This document shows, piece by piece, positions 27,725-36,365 of a DNA stretch of 36,365 bases. Made by a program: the position numbers and the translations under genes. The stretch's first letter is position 1; every line of letters starts with the position of its first letter. This DNA is from an uncultured Lachnospiraceae bacterium. Its GTDB lineage: Bacteria; Bacillota; Clostridia; Oscillospirales; CAG-272. A model generated the notes under the pieces. The model searched no databases, was not told the origin of the DNA, and saw only the letters and a list, made by a program, of their open reading frames with translations. The stretch covers positions 1 through 36,365 of the forward strand of contig CAZERM010000007.1 of the NCBI GenBank assembly GCA_964514555.1. The letters are read 5' to 3'.

Positions 27725-28966
27725 TTAATATTTGAGTCTTGCTTCCATTCGTTTCTTTTTGATATACATATTTCTGAATACGATAGCCAAAACGATAACA
27801 CAGATAACAGCGACCGTTATCCAGAACGAAGCGCTCAAGCTGTTCGTTCTTACAATGGATACCCAAAGGTCATCCATGAGCTGGTTAGTATCCCCTGTAA
27901 GATGAACATATCTTTCGGAATTATCAAGTATATCCCGGGAAGGATACGCTATATCGCTCTGGGCAAGTTCCTCTTCGAGGTACTGTTTAGCCGCGGAGAT
28001 AGGTGTGGAATACCATATCATATTGCAGTTTTCTGCGGATATAGTCGGCTCACACAAAAAGTTTATGAACATTTCCGCCGCTTCCTTGTTTTTGCTCGTG
28101 GAGGGGATGCACATAGCATCCGTGAAGAGGTTCGTTCCCTCATCGGGGAAAACAAAAGCAAGGTCTTCGTTTTCATCGCACATAGTCAAAAAGTCGCCTG
28201 CGTAATAGGGCGCAATATATGCGTTCTCCTCGACCATCTTATCAAAGATCTGGTCCATAACGTAAGCCTGAACTATGCCGCTCTGCTTGGAAAGTTCCTC
28301 TGCCGCTTCTTTAAGCTCTTCGGGATCCGTGGAGTTCATGGAATAGCCGAGTCTTTTGAGCGAGATGGCAAAAGCATCGCGCGAGTTATCGAACATGAGT
28401 ATCTTTCCGTCGTATTTTTCGTTCCAAAGCATATCCCAACCTGCAACGTCGGCTTCGTCAACGTATTTCGTGTTGTAGATAACGCCTATCGTACCCCATG
28501 TATAGGGAACGCTGTATTCATTCGTGGGGTCATATTCGGGATTTTTAAAATCGTCATCGACGTATTTATCAAAGTTGGGGACGTTCGAATAATCGATCTT
28601 ATGGAGCATACCCTCCTGCGCCAAGCGCGATACCATATAGTCGGAGGGGAATATGACATCATAGGAAGCGCTGCCGCTCTTGAGTTTTGCATAAAGGCTC
28701 TCGTTGCTGTCGAACGTGGTATATTCAACATTGATACCCGTTATTCTTTCAAATTCCTTTATGATGTTCATGGAGCCGTCGCCACCGTCCGCGATATATT
28801 CGCCCCAGTTATAAACGTATATGGTTACATTTTTGCCCTTTAATTTGGAGTAATATTCCATATCATAGGAATGATCCTCCGTTTCGGCTGCTCCCACGCA
28901 GCAAGTTGCAAAGCAAAGCATAAGAAGCACCGAAATCAAACATGAAAGTATCTTCTTTGTTTTCAT
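27725..28966 (-). CDS. potD: Spermidine/putrescine ABC transporter substrate-binding protein
   Basis: VYNWGEYI, FDSNE.LYAKL, YDVIFPSDYM, YSVPYTWGT and PDEGTN motifs; extra C-terminal TM. Confidence 0.93.
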   Translation of the reverse strand: MKTKKILSCLISVLLMLCFATCCVGAAETEDHSYDMEYYSKLKGKNVTIYVYNWGEYIADGGDGSMNIIKEFERITGINVEYTTFDSNESLYAKLKSGSASYDVIFPSDYMVSRLAQEGMLHKIDYSNVPNFDKYVDDDFKNPEYDPTNEYSVPYTWGTIGVIYNTKYVDEADVAGWDMLWNEKYDGKILMFDNSRDAFAISLKRLGYSMNSTDPEELKEAAEELSKQSGIVQAYVMDQIFDKMVEENAYIAPYYAGDFLTMCDENEDLAFVFPDEGTNLFTDAMCIPSTSKNKEAAEMFINFLCEPTISAENCNMIWYSTPISAAKQYLEEELAQSDIAYPSRDILDNSERYVHLTGDTNQLMDDLWVSIVRTNSLSASFWITVAVICVIVLAIVFRNMYIKKKRMEARLKY

Positions 28967-28968
28967 TT

Positions 28969-29769
28969 TTATCTCCTTGCAGCTCTCTTTCTTTCAAGTT
29001 CCTTTTCTTTGCGGATGGCGCGGATATTAACAACGAGCAATATCACGAGTACCACAACGAAGATTATCGTAGAAAGAGCGTTTATCTCGGGGCTGACGCG
29101 CTTCTTGACCATCGAATAGATCGTGATGGAAAGAGTCTGTATATCGCCTGCCGTGAAAAAGCTGATGACGAAATCGTCTATGGAATATGTGAGCGCCATA
29201 AGGAAGCCTGTTATGATACCGGGCATTATCTCGGGAATGACTACCTTCTGAAAAGCCTTTGCAGGGCTGCATCCAAGGTCCATCGCCGCCTCATAAAGGT
29301 TCGTATTTATCTGTCGGAGCTTTGGCAAAATGGAAAGGAAAACGCTCGGCACACAAAATGTTATGTGCGCGATTATAAGCGTTACCCAGCCGCCGCTCAA
29401 GCGCATTGCGGAGAAAAGGAGCATAAGTGAGATACCCGTAACTATCTCGGGGTTGAGCAAAGGAAGGTTCGTTACGTTTTTGATAACGCCCTTTGCGAGT
29501 TTGTTCTTCATTGAATAAACACCGAGAGCCGCCATCGTGCCCAATATCGTTGCAAAGATGCTGGATATAAACGCAACGATGAGCGTATTGCGGAACGATT
29601 CTATGATAAGGTCATTGGAGAATAGCTCCTTGTACCATTTGAGCGAAAAGCCCTGCCAAGAATAGCCCTTGCTGGAGTTAAAAGAGAAAACTATAAGTAT
29701 GATGATGGGCGCATAGAGAAAAAGAAGCAAAAGCGCCGCATATATGCCGGAAAGTCTATTTTTTTTCAT
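28969..29769 (-). CDS. potC: Spermidine/putrescine ABC permease
   Basis: FLYAPI..FSFN, LYEAAMDLG, SIDDFVISFF and SPEINALST motifs. Confidence 0.93.
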   Translation of the reverse strand: MKKNRLSGIYAALLLLFLYAPIIILIVFSFNSSKGYSWQGFSLKWYKELFSNDLIIESFRNTLIVAFISSIFATILGTMAALGVYSMKNKLAKGVIKNVTNLPLLNPEIVTGISLMLLFSAMRLSGGWVTLIIAHITFCVPSVFLSILPKLRQINTNLYEAAMDLGCSPAKAFQKVVIPEIMPGIITGFLMALTYSIDDFVISFFTAGDIQTLSITIYSMVKKRVSPEINALSTIIFVVVLVILLVVNIRAIRKEKELERKRAARR

Positions 29770-30584
29770 GCCAACGTCGCCTCCGAATCTTCAGTTTCCA
29801 AGCGGTTGAATATTATCATCGTGATGAGAACTACGACCATGAGGAGCAAGGACGTTGCGGAACCGTAGTTGAGGTTATACGCACCGCCGAGCGTCTGCGC
29901 CGTGATAAGGTCGCCGATAAGGTAGTTTCCGCTGCCGCCGAGCAAGCCGGAAATTACGAATGTGCTGACAGCGGGTACGAATACCATCGTGATGCCCGAA
30001 ATGATGCCGGGCACGCTCATGGGAAGGATTATCCTTCTGTGAGTCTGCAATGTATTTGCGCCGAGGTCCGCCGCCGCTTCTATGATCCTGCCGTCTATCT
30101 TTGTCATGATGGAGTAGAGGGGCATTATCATATAGGGCAAATAGTTATATACCATGCCGAATATTACCGCGCCTTCCGTATTTATCATGTGTATAGGGTC
30201 AAGACCTATCTTCATGAGAAGCGTGTTTATAACGCCGTTATCCTCTATGAGTGCGGAGAGCGCGTGCGTGCGGAGAAGGAAGTTCATCCACATGGGGAGC
30301 ATAACGAGCATTATGAGGAGCTTTTGCTTGCTGTATGATTTGCGAGAGATGTGGTATGCAAAAGGATATGCGAGCACGAAGCAGACTGCCGTTGAGATAG
30401 CAGCCATGTATATACTTTTTATAAGCGTGGGGATATGCGCCGACGCTTTACTGATGTATGCAAAGGAAAAATTGCCGTTGCCGTCCGTAAATGCAAAATA
30501 ACCTATCATGCAAAGGGGGATTATCGTGAAGAGTATCATCCACGCGATGTAAGGGGCGGCTGTCCATTTTGCTTTCATTTTCAT
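29766..30584 (-). CDS. potB: Spermidine/putrescine ABC permease
   Basis: [22 protein letters not shown] and IEAAADLGA motifs. Confidence 0.93.
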   Translation of the reverse strand: MKMKAKWTAAPYIAWMILFTIIPLCMIGYFAFTDGNGNFSFAYISKASAHIPTLIKSIYMAAISTAVCFVLAYPFAYHISRKSYSKQKLLIMLVMLPMWMNFLLRTHALSALIEDNGVINTLLMKIGLDPIHMINTEGAVIFGMVYNYLPYMIMPLYSIMTKIDGRIIEAAADLGANTLQTHRRIILPMSVPGIISGITMVFVPAVSTFVISGLLGGSGNYLIGDLITAQTLGGAYNLNYGSATSLLLMVVVLITMIIFNRLETEDSEATLA

Positions 30585-32188
30585 TTTACGTCGCCACCTT
30601 CTTCGTCGGCATCGTCCTCGTCCTTAGCCTTCCAATCGCTCTTTTTCATGATATGGATATTGTCGGGATCGATATAAAGTCCGACCATAGTGTCAACAGG
30701 TGTTGCGGTTGTGGACTGAACTATCCAAAGTCTGCCGCTGTCGGGTTTCAATTTGACTGTGTGAGTCTTTTCTTTGCCGTTTTCAACGGGTGTGAAGTGC
30801 GCGTAAAGAGTGTGGTTCTCATATTCGAGCAAAGAGTTTCCTGCTTCGGCTCTCTTGCCTCCGCTTATCTTTGTGAACCAACCTGCGAATTTATAGCCTT
30901 CTCTTTCCGCGGGAACGGGAAGCTCGCCGTATATGCCGTTTTCGCAAAGGAGATCGTCAAAGCTGTCATCCGTATCGGGGGATTCAAAGTAAACTTTGTA
31001 TTCCATGCCTTCTTCGTAAACGGGCTCTTCGATGATCTTGCTGGAACGCTCGCCGTATACTGTCCAATGAGCGTAGAGTCTGTGGGGTGCGTTTTTGAAG
31101 ATAGCGCTGTTTGCATCTATCTTATGACCGCCGACGGGTTTTGTGTACCAACCTTCAAATTCAAAGCCACAGTTTTCGGGAACGGGAAGGTCGCCGTATG
31201 TGCCGTTTTCGGGTATCTCAACGGTTTCCGCAGATACTTTGCCGGAGCGCAAAGCAACTTCCATTTCGTAATGAACGCCTTTGAAAGTTACGTTTACGAC
31301 TTTGCCGCGAAGAACGTCGTCCGATACTTCGCCCAAGCGGATATCTTCGGGGCGGATGACTACATCGACTTTTTCGTCTTTTTCAAAGCCTTTGTCTACG
31401 CAGTTATGCTCTCTGCCGCCGAACAAAACGGAAAAGTCCTTGTGCATAACACCGGGAACGATGTTGGACTGACCGATAAAGTCCGCCGTGAATGCGTTTG
31501 CAGGCTCGTTGTATATATCCTGGGGAGTGCCTATCTGCTGGATAACACCGCCGTTCATAACGACGATGGTATCGCTCATGGTAAGCGCTTCCTCCTGGTC
31601 ATGTGTAACATAAATAAATGTGATGCCGAGCTTTTTCTGTATCTTTTTAAGCTCTATCTGCATTTCTTTGCGGAGCTTCAAGTCGAGCGCGCCGAGCGGC
31701 TCGTCAAGCAAAAGCACCTTGGGTCTGTTCGCAAGTGCGCGAGCGATGGCAACACGCTGCTGCTGACCGCCGGAAAGAAGCTCTACGCTTCTGGAGTCAT
31801 AGCCTTCAAGGTTTACCATTGCGAGCATTTCGTGAACACGCTTTGCGATCTCCTTTTCGGGAGTTTTGGAAAGGCGCAAGCCGAAAGCGACGTTTTCGTA
31901 AACGTCAAGATGCGGAAAGAGCGCGTATTTCTGAAAAACCGTGTTAAGCTGTCTTTTATGCGGGGGGAGATCGTTTATCTTTTTACCCAGGAAGTTGACT
32001 TCTCCCTCATCCGGTGCGACAAAGCCACCTATTATTCGGAGCGTTGTTGTCTTTCCGCAGCCGGAAGGGCCGAGAAATGTTACAAACTCTTTGTCGTGTA
32101 TCTCAAGATCTATCGACCTCAGGATAGGTTCGCCGTTAAAGCTTTTTGAAATGTTTTTGAGTTCGATTATAACCGGATTGTTACTCAT
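30581..32188 (-). CDS. potA: Spermidine/putrescine ABC ATPase with two inserted InlB-B/Listeria-Bacteroides-type repeats
   Basis: [22 protein letters not shown] and THDQEEAL motifs; ATG 32188 follows GAGG; ~170-aa insertion at ~30740-31250. Confidence 0.92.
   Translation of the reverse strand: MSNNPVIIELKNISKSFNGEPILRSIDLEIHDKEFVTFLGPSGCGKTTTLRIIGGFVAPDEGEVNFLGKKINDLPPHKRQLNTVFQKYALFPHLDVYENVAFGLRLSKTPEKEIAKRVHEMLAMVNLEGYDSRSVELLSGGQQQRVAIARALANRPKVLLLDEPLGALDLKLRKEMQIELKKIQKKLGITFIYVTHDQEEALTMSDTIVVMNGGVIQQIGTPQDIYNEPANAFTADFIGQSNIVPGVMHKDFSVLFGGREHNCVDKGFEKDEKVDVVIRPEDIRLGEVSDDVLRGKVVNVTFKGVHYEMEVALRSGKVSAETVEIPENGTYGDLPVPENCGFEFEGWYTKPVGGHKIDANSAIFKNAPHRLYAHWTVYGERSSKIIEEPVYEEGMEYKVYFESPDTDDSFDDLLCENGIYGELPVPAEREGYKFAGWFTKISGGKRAEAGNSLLEYENHTLYAHFTPVENGKEKTHTVKLKPDSGRLWIVQSTTATPVDTMVGLYIDPDNIHIMKKSDWKAKDEDDADEEGGDVK
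30791..31240 (-). repeat. Two tandem InlB-B (Flg_new-type) protein repeats inside potA
   Basis: [28 protein letters not shown] and [30 protein letters not shown]; 31178-31210 and 30911-30943 are 31/33 nt identical. Confidence 0.85.
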
Positions 32189-32258
32189 TGTTTTTCCTCT
32201 CACTTTTTAATGTATTATGCGCGGACGCACACGGGTACACCAAAGCTTGTACCAAGCT

Positions 32259-32297
32259 AAAAAATGCACGGAAAAACAAAGTTTTTTTCCGTGCATT
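32259..32297 (-). terminator. Intrinsic terminator in the potA leader
   Basis: 14-bp stem AATGCACGGAAAAA/TTTTTCCGTGCATT ending in a U6 run on the minus strand only. Confidence 0.75.
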
Positions 32298-32344
32298 AAA
32301 AAGTGCCGTGAATATTCAAAAAAATCTTTCTGATTCACGAGGGA

Positions 32345-32373
32345 ATTATAACAGATTATGTCGTAAAATGCAA
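32345..32373 (-). promoter_or_regulatory. Sigma-A promoter upstream of the potA leader
   Basis: TTGCAT-N17-TATAAT with a TG extended -10. Confidence 0.7.
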
Positions 32374-32532
32374 TATATTTTATGAAATTTATAAAAAATT
32401 CTTTAAAAAAACTAAAATATTCTCGATTATCCGTGTTTTTTTCAGAAAAACAGCGTTTAGTTTGTGTTTTTCTCCGTTTTATTCCCTTATGCTCAAAAAA
32501 TCTCCGCTTTCCAAAATCTCACCCGGGAGCGT

Positions 32533-34890
32533 TCAATTTTTTTGCCTTATCCTGTAAACGCAAACGCTCATATCGTCTGACCTTTTGTTTATGTAAGCGG
32601 CATCCGAAAGAATATTTTCCGCCATGTCGCAAGCATCCATGCGCCATTCATGTTCCAAAAATTCCAAAAGGTGAAGGTCTCTTTTGTCCGCTTCCGTCGT
32701 GCCGTCGCCGCCCACACCGTCCGAGCACATGACGATCACATCGCCGTCGCGAAGCGAAAACTCCGTAACTTCCGCGCTTACCTCCGAAAGTATACCAAGC
32801 GGCACCGTGCCCGAGGCTATCTTGTAAACGCTTCCCTTTCGCACGATGTAGGAAGCCGCCGCGCCGCTTTTGGTGAACGAAGCCACGCCGCGCAAAAGAT
32901 CTATCTCCAAAAGGTCTATGGTCGAAAAACATTCCGTGTTCTTGTTCGAGATGAACATATTGAGCATTTCGAGCGTTGTTGATTTGCGGTTGCCGCAAGA
33001 GAGCATCTGCTCCAAAAAAGTTTTGCATATCCCTGCGGTGATATCGGCTTCGCTTCCGCTTCCCATGCCGTCGCAAATGAAACCATAGAAAAGATCGTCC
33101 CTCGATTCCGTGCAACCTACGGCATCTCCGCAAACTCTTTCTCCTCGCTTTGCGCTCTGACGTTCCGCGTGTTCCACCTCGAATATGCGCGTGCTCTCGA
33201 GCGTCATCGAGGCTTCCTCGCCCTCTATCGAATATTCCGGCATGGTAAAAGAGCCGCCGCAAACGCTTACGCAAAGGTCGCGCACATCCTGCGCGCCGAA
33301 GCCCGAGCGCAATATATCGCGCCCCGTGGCTATGATATATTTCTTTCTGCCGCCGCAAACAACGACGTTTTCGGCATATATCCCGGCAAGTTCAAACGCA
33401 CGGCAAAGCTTTTCTGTGAGTGTTCGGTCTATCTCGTATGCTTTATCGCTCTTGGCGACCGTATCGGCGATTATCTTTGCCGCCGCACCGTAATCAAAAG
33501 CAAATATGCGTGTTTTATCGTGCAGTGCGCTTTCGCGCAAAAGAGCCGTTATGCCTGCGTTTATGTCGGATATGATGACTTCTTTCTTGACACAGCCGAA
33601 GCGCAATATCCCAGTGCCCGACACGGTTTTTCCTTTTTTCATTATGCGAAAGGCGATGCTGTCCACAAGGTCCTCTTCGCTCTCCTTTGTCCTTTGACAT
33701 TCGCCTTTGCTCGGGCAATTTTCACAATGTTTTTCAAATGCGGCACGGCATACGTCCGATATCCTGCCCCTGTCGGGCGAGCGAAAGACCACGGACATAT
33801 TTTTTATGGTTTTCGAAAGTGAGGAGAGCATATCCGCGTGCTGTTCCGCTCTGTTCTCCTTTTCCTCTTCGCGCTTTTTTGCGAGCAACGTGCTTATACG
33901 GAGCTTGCCGCCCATATCCTCGCCTCCGAACGAGATATTCGGCAAGATATCAAGTTTCTTTGCCGTCAGCACCAAAATTGCAGCTATCAGCACCTCGGGA
34001 AGTATTGCGGACAAGCCGACCGTTCCGCTCGAATAAAGTCCTCCGCACACGGTAACTCCGAGAGAGATAAGCGAAGCAACAAGCGGAGATACCTCGTAAA
34101 ATACGCCTGCGGCAAGCCCCGAAAAAGCAAACAGCACCGCATTGTCGGCACCTGCGGCAAGTCCCGACAAAAGCCCCGAAACGCAACCTTTTGCACCGTC
34201 CCCCGAAAAAGCCATCGTCAACATTATCGCATAAGCCGCGACCGTTCCGAGCGATATCGTCATCACGGATGCCCCCGCAAACGAAAACACCACGCAAAAA
34301 ACTATTGCCGCTTTTCCTGCGGCATATATCGCCGTACTTTTCAAGCGAGGTCTTTGAGCAAAAGCGAACAAAAAAGTAAACAGCACCGTCGTTATTATGC
34401 CGAAAGAGCCTGCGAAAACATCATATACCGTTCTGCCACTCAAAACACCGACCGCGGCGCTTATAAAACTCGCGCAGAGAGAGGAAAAAACTCGCACTTT
34501 TATGTCATCGTTAAAGGAGAGCTTTTCGAATATATCGTCCCTCGGAAAAAGACCGTTCTCACGCTTGTTTTGCGTTATCAGCATGACATAGCGAAAAGCC
34601 GCCGCACTCACGCACAGCACCGCAGGCAGATATAGCTTTTCGCGCGAACGAGAAAGTGCGATACGCAAAAAAATGCCTATCGTATATTCTATCAAATGCT
34701 TTTCCGCGGAGCAGATGAGCGCAACTCCGAGCGGATATGTAGAAAACGGAAACGCCGTCCCCGAAAACAGAAAGCTTTCCAAAACGGAAACGAGCGAAAG
34801 TATCACCTGCCGTATAAAAAATATCTTCGATTTTATTTTGTGTTTTTTGCCGCGAGCAAAGGCTCTTTTGTTTGTTTTTTCGTCCGTCAT
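32533..34890 (-). CDS. spoIIE: Stage II sporulation protein E (membrane PP2C phosphatase)
   Basis: Multi-TM N-terminus, central C..C..C segment, and PP2C motifs CGD, CDGMGSG, TIDL, KSGAA, CSDG and DDMSV. Confidence 0.85.
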   Translation of the reverse strand: MTDEKTNKRAFARGKKHKIKSKIFFIRQVILSLVSVLESFLFSGTAFPFSTYPLGVALICSAEKHLIEYTIGIFLRIALSRSREKLYLPAVLCVSAAAFRYVMLITQNKRENGLFPRDDIFEKLSFNDDIKVRVFSSLCASFISAAVGVLSGRTVYDVFAGSFGIITTVLFTFLFAFAQRPRLKSTAIYAAGKAAIVFCVVFSFAGASVMTISLGTVAAYAIMLTMAFSGDGAKGCVSGLLSGLAAGADNAVLFAFSGLAAGVFYEVSPLVASLISLGVTVCGGLYSSGTVGLSAILPEVLIAAILVLTAKKLDILPNISFGGEDMGGKLRISTLLAKKREEEKENRAEQHADMLSSLSKTIKNMSVVFRSPDRGRISDVCRAAFEKHCENCPSKGECQRTKESEEDLVDSIAFRIMKKGKTVSGTGILRFGCVKKEVIISDINAGITALLRESALHDKTRIFAFDYGAAAKIIADTVAKSDKAYEIDRTLTEKLCRAFELAGIYAENVVVCGGRKKYIIATGRDILRSGFGAQDVRDLCVSVCGGSFTMPEYSIEGEEASMTLESTRIFEVEHAERQSAKRGERVCGDAVGCTESRDDLFYGFICDGMGSGSEADITAGICKTFLEQMLSCGNRKSTTLEMLNMFISNKNTECFSTIDLLEIDLLRGVASFTKSGAAASYIVRKGSVYKIASGTVPLGILSEVSAEVTEFSLRDGDVIVMCSDGVGGDGTTEADKRDLHLLEFLEHEWRMDACDMAENILSDAAYINKRSDDMSVCVYRIRQKN

Positions 34891-35059
34891 TTTTCCTCAT
34901 CCCTTTTTAAATTATTTTAAGCGTATCATCTCGCTTTTATGATAACTCATAAAGAGTGCGGAGCTTGTCATATCCGATATATCGCAAAAAAATTATTTTT
35001 CTCGTTTTTTGCCGATTGAGCGCGCTCCGTGGTCATTTTTTGCCGTTTATAACGAGAAT

Positions 35060-35082
35060 GCCCACACCGAAAAGGTGTGGGT
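35060..35082 (-). terminator. Hairpin downstream of spoIVB
   Basis: CCCACACC-GAAAA-GGTGTGGG; weak U tail. Confidence 0.5.
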
Positions 35083-35087
35083 CTTAA

Positions 35088-36143
35088 CTATCTCTCCGCG
35101 TTCAGCATATTTTCTATCAATATGCCGTAACCGCGCGTCGGGTCGGATATCATAACGTGAGTTATAGCTCCGATGAGCTTGCCATCCTGTATGATGGGGC
35201 TTCCGCTCATGCCCTGAACTATGCCGCCCGTTTTTGCAAGCAGAGCTTTATCCGTTATCTCCACGATAAAGTTTTTTTGCGTTGCGCCCTCGTCTATGGC
35301 GGAGATGTTTACTTCGTATTTTTGCCGTCCGTCGCCGTCAACGGTCGTAAAGATATATGCTTTCCCCTCGTGGACGAAGCCTCTGCCGTGTGCACGGTAA
35401 GTCTCCGATTTCAAGCTTTCGGGGATATCGGAAAGCGCACCGAAGATGCCCGAACCGCTGTTTTTGATTATCTTGCCTGTTTTTTGCCCCGAAAAATATC
35501 CACGAAGCTCGCCCGGGGCGCCGTTTTTGCCCTTTATCACCTCGGTGAGGGTAACATCCTCGCAAGAGCCGTATGATATGGGTATGAGTGCGCCCGTGTC
35601 GGCATCGCATATGCCGTGGCCAAGCCCTGCGAAAACTCCCGTTGAAGGGTCGATAAATGTTATCGTGCCGATGCCTGCGGCGTTGTCGCGCGCAAGCACG
35701 CCTATCTTATATCCTCCGCTTGGGTCTGCTTTCGGAAAAAGCGTTACGGTGCGCTCTTTTCCCGAGCGCCTTATCGTCATTGATATGCTCTTTCCTCCGC
35801 TCTTTTCCACGGCTTCGCAAAGCGCTTTTGCGCTCCCTATGCGCTCGTCCCCTACGGATATTATGACATCGCCCTTATGAAGCCCTGCTTCAAGCGCAGG
35901 TGAACACGCGCTCTCACCGACACCGACTTTCGTGATGTTCACTATTATAACACCGTCCGTATGGAGCCGCACGCCGAACGGGACCCCTGCCGCTATCAGC
36001 ATCTTCTGCTCCGATAAAGCACAGAACGCGCCATTGTTTTCGGAAAACGCAGACGAAGGCAAGATCAACATAACGGCAAATATTATCGCTGCAAAAAACA
36101 CAGCTGCCGATCTTTTTGTTTTTGACATATTTTTCGCTTTCAC
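35088..36143 (-). CDS. spoIVB: SpoIVB peptidase (S55, PDZ plus serine protease)
   Basis: G.PFGV.L.TDGV, RD.AAGIGT.TF, LGHGI.D.DTG and TGGIVQGMSGSPIIQ.GKLIGA.THV. Start uncertain (GTG 36143 or ATG 36128). Confidence 0.93.
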   Translation of the reverse strand: MKAKNMSKTKRSAAVFFAAIIFAVMLILPSSAFSENNGAFCALSEQKMLIAAGVPFGVRLHTDGVIIVNITKVGVGESACSPALEAGLHKGDVIISVGDERIGSAKALCEAVEKSGGKSISMTIRRSGKERTVTLFPKADPSGGYKIGVLARDNAAGIGTITFIDPSTGVFAGLGHGICDADTGALIPISYGSCEDVTLTEVIKGKNGAPGELRGYFSGQKTGKIIKNSGSGIFGALSDIPESLKSETYRAHGRGFVHEGKAYIFTTVDGDGRQKYEVNISAIDEGATQKNFIVEITDKALLAKTGGIVQGMSGSPIIQDGKLIGAITHVMISDPTRGYGILIENMLNAER

Positions 36144-36278
36144 GGCGGCTTTTTTCTGTTTAACGCCATCGCCGCCGAATGGCGCAGGACCGTTTTTTGT
36201 CCTCTTTTAATTTGCTACGCAAAAGGCTTTTTTATGTATAACAAATTTTCGCAGGTCTGCCGCTTTTTCTTTTTAAAC

Positions 36279-36321
36279 CGCATCGTTTGGCTGAATATAC
36301 GCATCGTTTGGCTGAATATAC
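36279..36321 (+). repeat. Perfect 21-bp tandem duplication
   Basis: CGCATCGTTTGGCTGAATATA occurs at 36279-36299 and 36300-36320. Confidence 0.95.
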
Positions 36322-36350
36322 TTGACAAAATCGAAATAATATATTATTAT
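36322..36350 (+). promoter_or_regulatory. Sigma-A promoter for a divergent gene beyond the window
   Basis: TTGACA-N17-TATTAT. Confidence 0.6.
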
Positions 36351-36365
36351 TAAATACAATAAGGG

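Noticed and set aside
36144-36170. Possible homopolymer frameshift extending spoIVB to an ATG at 36169
   Set aside because: One extra A would put it in frame, but there is no RBS or homology support; too speculative.
36279-36321. Possible CRISPR array
   Set aside because: Only two directly adjacent copies, with no spacers and no cas genes.

Overview
Chromosomal segment from a spore-forming Clostridia-class (Bacillota) bacterium, with most genes on the minus strand. It carries sporulation genes (spoIVB, spoIIE, spoIVA, dacB, dacF, ytfI/ytfJ) and a potABCD polyamine ABC operon followed by a LiaF-like gene. It also has an AI-2E transporter, tRNA-Arg(CCT), and an amino-sugar cluster (stand-alone GlmU-type acetyltransferase domain, glmM, glmS). 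A lon-engB-M50 protease-scpAB-ytfI-ytfJ-dacB-rluB run is followed by prfB; trmB, rpmB, an orphan solute-binding lipoprotein and an HPr-like protein lie further left. The AT-rich left end encodes a frameshifted secreted ricin-B-lectin-repeat protein that runs off the window. The most unusual feature is the pot operon: the PotA ATPase has two Listeria/Bacteroides (InlB-B-type) repeats inserted in its C-terminal domain, PotD appears C-terminally anchored, and a strong promoter upstream is followed by a leader with an intrinsic terminator (candidate attenuator or sRNA). Other leads are a switchable rpmB leader, a REP-like and highly structured spacer upstream of spoIVA, and two precisely repairable frameshifts. 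All family calls come from manual motif recognition; no database searches were run.
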